DNA from: Treponemataceae bacterium | Lineage (GTDB): Bacteria > Spirochaetota > Spirochaetia > Treponematales > Rectinemataceae | Direction: 5' to 3' | NCBI GenBank assembly: GCA_963667725.2 | Contig: CAXXHO010000001.1 | Span: 34,362-98,361, forward strand | DNA: 64,000 bases | Shown here: piece after piece, positions 1 through 7,584 of the stretch | Layout: each line of letters begins with the position of its first letter | Position numbering within the stretch: the first letter of the stretch is position 1 | Notes under the pieces: generated by a model | Seen by the model: the letters and a program-made list of their open reading frames with translations, nothing else | What the model was told of the DNA's origin: nothing | The model's database searches: none | Position numbers and translations under genes: made by a program

Positions 1-43
1 ATAATAAGGAATTTAGGCGGAACATTCATAAATTACTGGCGAG

Positions 44-1339
44 CTAGAGTCCATCAGCTGGGCTGCGGACGCCGTTTGGACCGCGGTTAAGGACATGCGT
101 GTAGATCATCGTTGTCTTGACATCGCTATGACCAAGAAGCTCCTGGACAGTGCGAATATCGTAGCCGTTTTCGAGCAGATGGGTTGCGAATGAATGCCGA
201 AAGGTATGGCAGCTCGCGCGCTTCGCGATGCCCGATTTCACTATCGCCTCGTGGACAGCGGTCTGGAGAATGCTCGGATCCATATGATAGCGGCCTTCAT
301 TGCCAGTGCGGGGATCTTTCCATCGCCGCTCTTGCGGGAAGATCCATTGCCATGCCCATTCGGATGCGGCCTTTGGATATTTTTTCCCGAGAGCCTCAGG
401 GACGGGAACGCGCCCCCACCCTTCGGCGATATCCTTGCTATGAATAGCCTTTACGGCGATGAGATGCTCTTGCAGAGCAGTCTTGAGCGTCCCGGGAAGC
501 ATGGTGCGCCGATCCTTTCCTCCTTTCCCGTTGTGGACGATTATCTCATTCTGAGTGAAGTCGATATCCTGCACGCGAAGCTCGAGGCACTCCATGATTC
601 TAAGGCCGGTGCCATACATGAGCGAGGCGATGAGCCATTTGTCGCCAGAGAGTTCGGAGAGAACCGCTCGGACCTCCTGGCGGCTCATGACGACCGGAAG
701 CCGCTTCGGCTTTTTTGCGCGGATGACTTCGCCAATATCGCCGACAGGATTGTTCATTATGGTGCGAAAGAAGAAGAGCAAGGCGGCGAGGGCCTGGTTC
801 TGCGTCGACGCGCTCACATTTTCACCGGTGGCCAGGCGGCTTAGAAAAGCGTTGATGTCGGCGCCGCCCATCGCGGCGGGATTTTTCCCTTTATTGGCGG
901 CGATGAATCGCGACAGCCACTTCGAGTAGGATTCTTTCGTCCTATTGCTGTAGTGGCGCGCGCTGAGAGCGGCCAGGTATCGCCGCATGTACGGGGAGCC
1001 TTGATCCGGCGCCGCTGGCTTATAGGGCTCGAGAGGCTGCGGATCATCCTCGAAGAAGTCAGCGGGCCCCAGTTTGATCGGGGCGTGGGCAAGGGCGGGT
1101 GATCTGCCTTTCGCCTGCGATAGAGCGTCGACCTTCGAGGGGACAGCGCGTCCTGAGTCGCCTAACGCCGCACGCACCAAGTCAAGGGAAGCTTTCGTTT
1201 TAGGGAAAAGCCATAATCTCCGTTCGGGATCCCAGCGTCGCCCGGGAATCCGCTGAAAGGCGGCGATTATGCTTCTATCGGTGCAATCCATCGATACGGC
1301 GAACCAGAGATCCCCATCGGCCGACACGGACACCTTCAT
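44..1339 (-). CDS. intI: Integron integrase (tyrosine recombinase) with N-terminal HARP-like extension
   Basis: Catalytic motifs YGTGLRIME, GKGGKDR, HTFRHSFATHLL, LLGH and TTMIYTH are present, as is the integron-specific insert GWGRVPVPEALGKKYPKAASEWAWQWIFP. ATG 1339 is preceded by AAGGAG. Confidence 0.95.
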   Translation of the reverse strand: MKVSVSADGDLWFAVSMDCTDRSIIAAFQRIPGRRWDPERRLWLFPKTKASLDLVRAALGDSGRAVPSKVDALSQAKGRSPALAHAPIKLGPADFFEDDPQPLEPYKPAAPDQGSPYMRRYLAALSARHYSNRTKESYSKWLSRFIAANKGKNPAAMGGADINAFLSRLATGENVSASTQNQALAALLFFFRTIMNNPVGDIGEVIRAKKPKRLPVVMSRQEVRAVLSELSGDKWLIASLMYGTGLRIMECLELRVQDIDFTQNEIIVHNGKGGKDRRTMLPGTLKTALQEHLIAVKAIHSKDIAEGWGRVPVPEALGKKYPKAASEWAWQWIFPQERRWKDPRTGNEGRYHMDPSILQTAVHEAIVKSGIAKRASCHTFRHSFATHLLENGYDIRTVQELLGHSDVKTTMIYTHVLNRGPNGVRSPADGL

Positions 1340-1515
1340 GCTGCCAATCTCCTTAACGACATTCCGCAAAGGAAGCACATGGACACAAACATTACGCGCG
1401 GAATGCGCATGATGGCTTCAACGGGGAGGATGATGGTGCGCGGCTCCTTTCTTCGCCGAAACAGAATGAAAAGGGCCGGATCGTACCTTTTTTAATCATT
1501 CTAAACGCAGTATTT

Positions 1516-1543
1516 ATCATACCCTCATTGACGGAGAAGTCAA
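1516..1543 (-). promoter_or_regulatory. Candidate intI promoter (TTGACT-16-TATGAT) overlapped by the palindrome ATTGAC-N6-GTCAAT
   Basis: Sigma70-like hexamers read on the minus strand; inverted repeat at 1527-1544. Confidence 0.5.
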
Positions 1544-1614
1544 TTGTGAAACCAAGGAGCGAGAGCGGCCATCGCGGCGAAGGGGAGGAGAATTGCAGAT
1601 GCCAGAGGTCGGCT

Positions 1615-2823
1615 CTACGCGAGCATGGAACGAATGACGGTTTCGAGCGCGGAGGCGTCGAGGACGATGGGCACGGGATAGGGCGTGCCGTGAGCCTCCT
1701 TGAGCGCGGCGACGGCGATGGCGGGAATGTCGTCCGCGACGAGGAAGGCCGCCTTGGCGGGGATGCCGATGTCGGAGGCAAGCGAGCGGACCGCGTCGAC
1801 GAAGGCTTGCGCGGCCGAGGCGACATCGCCGGCCGCGGCGGCTCGGTCGCGGATGCCGGCCGCGGCGGCCAGGTCGGCCAGACGCTCGGGGCAAGCATCG
1901 CGGTAGAGGTCGAGGAAATACGGCAGGGCAATGGCGTTCGCGAGGCCATGCGGCACATGGTAGCGCTCGCCGAAGCGATGCGCGACCGCGTGGACGTAGC
2001 CGACGAAGCCGCGCGTAAAGGCTCGCCCGGCGAGATGGGAGGCTCTGAGCATGGCTTCGCGGGCTTCGACTTTACCGCCGTCGGCGCAGGCGGCGCGCAG
2101 ATTGGAGAAGATGAGCCGCACCGCCTCGATCGCCTGGACGTCAACGTCGGAGTAATGGAGAGTATTCGTGTAGGCTTCAACAGCGTGCGTGAGGGCATCC
2201 ATGCCGGTGGCGGCAGTCATGGCGGGGGGCAGGCCGATGGTTATGAGAGGATCGAGGATAGCGGTGTTGGGGGGCAGGCGCGGATCAAGAACGGTCTGCT
2301 TGCGGTGGCGCGCCGCATCGGTGAGGACGGCGGCGGCCGTTGCCTCGCTGCCGGTGCCGGCCGTGGAGGGGGCGCAGATAAAGGGAAGCCCGCCGTTGCG
2401 GAAGGGCAGCAGGCCGACGAACTTGGCGATGCTCTTGCGATGCGTCGCGCCCATGCGGATGAGTTTGGCCGCATCGATCACGGAGCCGCCGCCGACGGCG
2501 ATCACCGCGTCGCAGGCGCCCGCGCGCAGGGCCGCCAGGCCCTGCGCGCAGACTTCGTACGTGGGATCGGGAAGGATCTTGTCGAAGACTGCATAGGGGA
2601 TGTCGGCGGCCTCGAGTATCTCGGTGACGCGCGCCACGACTCCGGTCTTTACCAGAACGGCATCGGTGACGATGAGGGGTTTCTTGGCGCCGAGAACCTC
2701 GAGTTCGGAGGGGATGAGCTTGAGGCTGCCCGCGCCCGTCAGCAGGGTCGGGACTTTCTGCGGCAGGATAGTGAGCGCCCGGGCTGCGATATTGAACCAG
2801 ATACGCTTTCCTGCATGCTTCAT
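1615..2823 (-). CDS. Iron-containing alcohol dehydrogenase
   Basis: Motifs GGGSVIDAAK, TAGTGSE, GMDALTHAVE, HAVAH and HGLANA; RBS AGGAGG. Confidence 0.92.
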   Translation of the reverse strand: MKHAGKRIWFNIAARALTILPQKVPTLLTGAGSLKLIPSELEVLGAKKPLIVTDAVLVKTGVVARVTEILEAADIPYAVFDKILPDPTYEVCAQGLAALRAGACDAVIAVGGGSVIDAAKLIRMGATHRKSIAKFVGLLPFRNGGLPFICAPSTAGTGSEATAAAVLTDAARHRKQTVLDPRLPPNTAILDPLITIGLPPAMTAATGMDALTHAVEAYTNTLHYSDVDVQAIEAVRLIFSNLRAACADGGKVEAREAMLRASHLAGRAFTRGFVGYVHAVAHRFGERYHVPHGLANAIALPYFLDLYRDACPERLADLAAAAGIRDRAAAAGDVASAAQAFVDAVRSLASDIGIPAKAAFLVADDIPAIAVAALKEAHGTPYPVPIVLDASALETVIRSMLA

Positions 2824-2887
2824 CGTCCCTCCTAAAGTGGCGGGACCTTGCTGGGCACAGAATGCCGGCAGGTTCCGCCCCGGCCTG

Positions 2888-3238
2888 CTAGCGTTTCAGA
2901 CAGCGGAGAAAGCCGCCTTTGTCGATATAGTTGCTCTCGCGGGCGAAGGCGCCATCGCGATAATAGCGCACGTAAGGAATTTCATGGTTTCCAAAGGAAT
3001 CTTCCTTGAAGGCGCGGAAATCGTCGAAGAAGGCCTCGCGATCGTACTCGATCCAATAGACATCGACGCCTTCTTCCTCGGCGATGGATCCGAGGTAGGA
3101 CTTCATCCAAAGCCATTGCGGGCACCAGCTCTGGGTGAGGACGACGGCGACGTTCGGCGCGGAAGCGATCAGCGAGGCGGGAAATTCGCCGTCGCGCATC
3201 GCCGCCCTGCAGTCATCCTCGCTAAGCTTCAATTTCAT
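2888..3238 (-). CDS. Small thioredoxin-fold protein with a monothiol WCPQW motif (116 aa)
   Basis: C-terminal part of ORF 2888..4651, containing VVLTQSWCPQW and a cis-Pro-like EIPYV. Its own promoter sits directly upstream. Confidence 0.7.
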   Translation of the reverse strand: MKLKLSEDDCRAAMRDGEFPASLIASAPNVAVVLTQSWCPQWLWMKSYLGSIAEEEGVDVYWIEYDREAFFDDFRAFKEDSFGNHEIPYVRYYRDGAFARESNYIDKGGFLRCLKR

Positions 3239-3244
3239 GGCTGA

Positions 3245-3273
3245 ATGATACCTGCGGAGAGAGCGCGGCGCAA
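3245..3273 (-). promoter_or_regulatory. Leaderless promoter TTGCGC-17-TATCAT, 6 nt before ATG 3238
   Basis: Read directly from the sequence; there is no room for an SD sequence. Confidence 0.6.
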
Positions 3274-3276
3274 GCG

Positions 3277-4641
3277 CTAGACCGTGATGTGCACCCAACG
3301 CCCTCTTCGGTAGCGGATGGCGATAAGGAAGAAGCGGACAATGACGTCCGTCATGAGGGCGATCCAGGCGCCGAAGAGGCCAAGCGAGAAGAATTTGATC
3401 ATAATGACGGCCAGAAGAGGCCGGATGCCGAGCGTGCCGAGCGCCATGGAGAGCGCCGGATAGAGAGAATCGCCGGCTCCGCGGAGGGCGCCCGAGTAGA
3501 TCTGGAAGGAGGACGAGAAGGGCTGGTTGATTGCGGCGAGGATCATCACGCTCGCGCCAAGCTCGATGATGATCGATTCCTGGGTGAAACAGCCGATCAA
3601 CTGGCGGCGGAACACGAACATGACGATGCCCATGAGGGTCGAGATGAGGGCGCCGATTCGCTGGCAGGCTGCGGATGCTGTCCTGGCTCCATTGGGATCG
3701 CCGCGGCCGAGCGCCTGGCCTGTGAGGCTGGTGGCGGCGATGCCGAATGCCTGGCCGTTCACGAAGGACAGGTTGAGGATCGTAAGTACGATCTGATGCG
3801 CGGCGAACACGTCGGTGCCGAGCGCTGCGACGGAGAGCGTGTAGAGCAGGAGGCCGAGGCGGAGGGCGACCTGCTCGCCCGCCGAGGGGAGGCCGATCCG
3901 GAATATGCGCTTGAGCATGGCGAAATCGGGCTTGATGTTGGCGCGGCTGAAATGAAGTTCGATAAATTCGGACGCAGCCTTGCCCGGTTTTCGGAAAGGT
4001 CGGCCGAGGATAGCCCAGAAGGCCATGGCGCATCCGACGGTATTGCCGATGACGGTGGCGACGGCTGCGCCGGCGACCCCGAGGCGGGGAAAGCCGAACT
4101 TGCCGTAGATGAGGAGGTAGTTGAAGAAGATGTTCACGAGGTTGGCGGTGAGGTTGTACCGCATGGAGAGCTTGGTGTCGCCGACGCCCCGCAGAAGGGC
4201 CGAGATGGAAATCGGCAGCACGGTCGGAATGAAGCCGAGCATCAGGATCTGGAAATAGACGGTGCCCGCCTCGATGGTATCGGGGCCGGCGCCCATGAAC
4301 GTCACCATGGGCCGTGCGAACACGATACCGGGGATGGTGAGAAGGAAGCCAAGAATAAGGGTGAGAAGGATCGACTGGGTCGTGACGATCCCGGCGTCGG
4401 CCTTGTTTTTCTGGCCTTTGAAACGGGCGACGAGGGCGGTGGTGCCCACGTTGAGCGCGACGAAGGTGGCGAGCATGATCAGGCGGGGCTGGTTGGTGAG
4501 TCCGACCGCCGAGATGGCATAGGCGCCGAGCTGGCCTACCATGATCGTATCGGCGAGGGATGTGGCCGAAGTGAGGACAAGTTCGACGACGGCGGGGGCG
4601 GCGATGACCAGGACGTTGCGGTACAGGGGACTGAGCTTCAT
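3277..4641 (-). CDS. MATE family efflux transporter
   Basis: About 12 hydrophobic segments; DTIMVGQLG, LRGVGDTK, LRGAGD and FGFPRLGVAGAA motifs. Confidence 0.93.
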   Translation of the reverse strand: MKLSPLYRNVLVIAAPAVVELVLTSATSLADTIMVGQLGAYAISAVGLTNQPRLIMLATFVALNVGTTALVARFKGQKNKADAGIVTTQSILLTLILGFLLTIPGIVFARPMVTFMGAGPDTIEAGTVYFQILMLGFIPTVLPISISALLRGVGDTKLSMRYNLTANLVNIFFNYLLIYGKFGFPRLGVAGAAVATVIGNTVGCAMAFWAILGRPFRKPGKAASEFIELHFSRANIKPDFAMLKRIFRIGLPSAGEQVALRLGLLLYTLSVAALGTDVFAAHQIVLTILNLSFVNGQAFGIAATSLTGQALGRGDPNGARTASAACQRIGALISTLMGIVMFVFRRQLIGCFTQESIIIELGASVMILAAINQPFSSSFQIYSGALRGAGDSLYPALSMALGTLGIRPLLAVIMIKFFSLGLFGAWIALMTDVIVRFFLIAIRYRRGRWVHITV

Positions 4642-4723
4642 GTGCTTCCACTATACCGAGATGAGCTGGAGATGCTCAAGAAAGGGAGCGAAGGCAACGG
4701 TAAAAAATGCAAAAAAAGTGGAA

Positions 4724-4765
4724 CGGCAGAGGGGGCGCGGCCGGCAGGCCGCGCCCCCTCTGCCG
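4724..4765 (-). terminator. Rho-independent terminator of the AOR operon
   Basis: Perfect 19-bp stem with a 4-nt loop, followed on the minus strand by TTCCACTTTTTTT. Confidence 0.75.
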
Positions 4766-4781
4766 CGAGGTCGGCGAAACA

Positions 4782-4817
4782 GGGCAGCGGCGCGCGGCGA
4801 GCCGCGCGCCGCTGCCC
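4782..4817. repeat. Perfect 17-bp inverted repeat with a 2-nt loop
   Basis: GGGCAGCGGCGCGCGGC-GA-GCCGCGCGCCGCTGCCC. Confidence 0.7.
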
Positions 4818-4830
4818 GCCGATACGGCCG

Positions 4831-7032
4831 CTACAGGTGCTTGCGGACCACTTCGAGGACCTCGGGTAGGTCGATGCCGATAGCCGCGAGGTGTTCGGGT
4901 GTCGGCACGCCCTCGTCCGTCCATCCGCGGCGCTTGAAGACGGCATCCACGAGGCTTTCGTACTGCGCCTCGCGGTATTTGCGCGTGGCCGCCACCTTGG
5001 CCTCCAGCGTCATCGAGGCGGGATCGAGCCCTACCTTCTCGCGAAGCTGCTTGTCGTAGCGCTCCTGGCGGGAAAGGTATTCCTTTTCGGTGACGGGACC
5101 CATGGCGCGGTAGGGCGGATAGTCGTCGGCGCGCTTGCCGTGGCCGCAGCGCAGGTTGAAGACCCGTTGGAAGTTGTAGACCCTTTCCGACTGGACGATG
5201 AGCTCGGGCCAGGACAGGGTTTCGCCGGTGATGGCCGTGTAGAGCAGCCGATAGTTGTCGACATGCTCCGGCACCTTGTTGGGCTCGGACCAGCGGGCGT
5301 TGTCCGCCGGCTCGATGTCGTTCCAGGGCAGCTTGCAGATTCCCTGCAGCCCGAACCAGGTGCGGAACATCGGGAAGTAGTGCAGCGCCTCGGCCTTGTC
5401 TTCAAAAGAGGGAATTCGGTTGTTCACCATATCCATGAAGATGAGCCAGGCTTCGTCGTGCTGGGGGCCTTTGTTGGTGAGATAGTAGCCGCCCTGCTGA
5501 GCCAGCGACTCCTTGGAGATGTACTGGCTCTGCTCGAGGCCCTTGCCCTGGAGGGCGATGTCCTTCATCAGCCGCGGGTCGGCGCCGTACTGCTCGACGA
5601 AGTAGTCGGCGAGGAACCGCACGCCGCGCCCGACGAGCATGCCGAAGCCGCGGCCTTCCGCCATCTGGTGCATGAGCTCGCAGACGGACTTCCAATTGCC
5701 CCAGCTCAGGTCGACGCCGCCGGTGCGGGCTTCGTTCAGGATGCCGTACTCCCAGCATTCCATGAGGAAGCTGGAGATAGTGCCGACGCTGATCGTATCG
5801 ATGCCGTAGGTGTCGCAGTAGAAATTGATTTCGAGGACGCCCTCGGGATCCCAGACGGCGATGTTGGAGCCGCAGCCGGCGGCGGTCTCGTATTCGGGGC
5901 CGTCCACGCAGACTTTCTGGCCGGCATAGGGACCGGTCTTGAGCTCGAACTGATCCACGGCGTGGGCGCAGGCGAGGGTGCAGCCGTACCAGCAACCGTC
6001 GGGGAGGCCCTGGGAGAAGAGCTTCTCCCAGACCCAGGATGCCAGCTCGGGGCCGCGCGGATCCTGGCCGTAACGGTGGTTCTGCACGGGCAGGAGGTCG
6101 TAGTCGTTCATGACTTCCATGAGGTGGGCGGTGCCGATGCGGCGCATCTTGCACTGCTTGTCGTCTTCCTTGACGATTTCGCGATGGAGCTTGAGGCCGA
6201 GGCGCTGGACGGCGGCCGGGTCGGCGGCGCCGTTGGAGTCTTGCGCGAGTGTGGAGAAGCGGCAGACGAGGGCTTTAATCTTCTTGTCGCGGAAAACGGT
6301 GCCTATGCCGCCGCGGCCGGCCTGCTTGACGCGGCAGCCTTTGCGCCTGCGGTCGTAGAGGCTGAAGTTGAGGAGGCCGAGGACGGTGTGCTCGGCGCCC
6401 CGCCCCGCCGACACGATCGAGACGGCGGCCAGATCGGCCTCGTCCTGGGATGCCGCGAAAGCGTGGGTGAGCTTTTCGGCGAGGATGTGCGTATCCGACT
6501 CGAGGCCTTCAGGCGATTCGTAGAGTTCGATAGTGCCGGCGTCGCCGTTGATGAAGACGATGACGTCGCGGTCGGCCTTGCCGGTCAACTCGAGAGCGTC
6601 GAAGCCGGAGAACTTGAGGAAAGGACCGAAGTATCCGCCGACGTTCGAGTCGATGGGGATGCCGGTCATGGGCGAGAGGCTGACGACGAGGCTCTTGCCG
6701 GAGCCGGGGTAGTTGGTGTTGCCGCAAACAGGACCCATGGCGATGACGATCTCGTTTTCGGGGTCGTCCCATTTTGTGGAAGGTTTCGTGCCGTCCCAGA
6801 GGAGCCTGAGGCCGAAACCCTTGCCGCCGACGAAGCGCTTCTTCATTTCGGCGCTGACGGGCTTTTCGAGGAAGCCGGGAGTCGCGGAACCAGCGGCCGA
6901 TGCGCCCGGATGGCCGCCCGAGGCGGCGCCGACGTCCAGGGCGAGAGTGCGGTTGTTGTAGCCGCGTTTGAGCGGGCGCTTTTCATACTCCCATCGGGCG
7001 ATCCGCTTGAGTTCGTTCATGTTCAGGGTCAT
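4831..7032 (-). CDS. aor: Aldehyde:ferredoxin oxidoreductase (W/Mo bis-pterin AOR family)
   Basis: SLSPMTG..DSNVGGYFGPFLKFSGFD, AGRGGIG, CxxGCxxxC, GPEYET and CDTYGIDTIS motifs. Confidence 0.92.
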   Translation of the reverse strand: MTLNMNELKRIARWEYEKRPLKRGYNNRTLALDVGAASGGHPGASAAGSATPGFLEKPVSAEMKKRFVGGKGFGLRLLWDGTKPSTKWDDPENEIVIAMGPVCGNTNYPGSGKSLVVSLSPMTGIPIDSNVGGYFGPFLKFSGFDALELTGKADRDVIVFINGDAGTIELYESPEGLESDTHILAEKLTHAFAASQDEADLAAVSIVSAGRGAEHTVLGLLNFSLYDRRRKGCRVKQAGRGGIGTVFRDKKIKALVCRFSTLAQDSNGAADPAAVQRLGLKLHREIVKEDDKQCKMRRIGTAHLMEVMNDYDLLPVQNHRYGQDPRGPELASWVWEKLFSQGLPDGCWYGCTLACAHAVDQFELKTGPYAGQKVCVDGPEYETAAGCGSNIAVWDPEGVLEINFYCDTYGIDTISVGTISSFLMECWEYGILNEARTGGVDLSWGNWKSVCELMHQMAEGRGFGMLVGRGVRFLADYFVEQYGADPRLMKDIALQGKGLEQSQYISKESLAQQGGYYLTNKGPQHDEAWLIFMDMVNNRIPSFEDKAEALHYFPMFRTWFGLQGICKLPWNDIEPADNARWSEPNKVPEHVDNYRLLYTAITGETLSWPELIVQSERVYNFQRVFNLRCGHGKRADDYPPYRAMGPVTEKEYLSRQERYDKQLREKVGLDPASMTLEAKVAATRKYREAQYESLVDAVFKRRGWTDEGVPTPEHLAAIGIDLPEVLEVVRKHL

Positions 7033-7433
7033 TCGGCCGCCTCCTTGGTGAGGATTTCAAGGGCTCCCTTGGGGCAGGCTCGGGCGCAGGCTCCGCAGGC
7101 GACGCATTTGAAGGTCGTCGGATAGCCGGGAAACCAGCGCATGGCGCCGATGGGGCAGACGGCGACGCAGGCGAGGCAGCCCACGCAGCGTTTTTTGTCG
7201 ATGACGATGGCGCCCGCCTTGTTGCGGGAAATCGCCCGTGTCGGACATTCACGGACGCAGGCCATGCATTCCTGGTCGCAGGCGACGAGATGGAAAGCGT
7301 TGGCCGCCGCTTCGTTCACCTGGATGCAGGATTTCGCGGGGTTGTCTTCCTTAAAATAGAGCTTTGAGCAGACCGAGGCGCAGGTCATGCAGCCGACGCA
7401 TTTGGCGTCGTTCATCGCAAGGTATTTGATCAC
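7029..7433 (-). CDS. 4Fe-4S dicluster ferredoxin-like subunit partnering AOR
   Basis: Multiple CxxCxxCxxxC motifs; GTG start after AAGGAGG; 4-bp overlap with aor. Confidence 0.9.
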   Translation of the reverse strand: MIKYLAMNDAKCVGCMTCASVCSKLYFKEDNPAKSCIQVNEAAANAFHLVACDQECMACVRECPTRAISRNKAGAIVIDKKRCVGCLACVAVCPIGAMRWFPGYPTTFKCVACGACARACPKGALEILTKEAAE

Positions 7434-7584
7434 GGGGGAGGCTCCTCCTTGTACCGCCAGGGCTTGGGGGCAGTCGAGCGTCATTATAGTACGAATCCGG
7501 GCGGGGAGCAACGAAAGACGGAGAGGAATGGAAGCCCGGGGCGCCGGCTTCGCTGCCAAACGCCCCGGAATTGTTCAGTATCGT

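Noticed and set aside
1..30. dif (XerCD) site on the minus strand (GTTCCGCCTAA-ATTCC-TTATTAT)
   Set aside because: The XerC-like arm is only approximate, the spacer and XerD arm do not fit, and the site is cut by the window edge.
1340..1614. attI/attC cassette array upstream of intI
   Set aside because: No paired RYYYAAC...GTTRRRY sites or cassette ORFs were seen; the next gene is housekeeping.
2888..4651. 587-aa ORF as a single gene
   Set aside because: The N-terminal part is an off-frame overlap of the MATE gene; only 2888..3238 looks real. The same applies to 18214..20163, 23305..24900, 36816..38714, 46948..49122 and 54144..55901.
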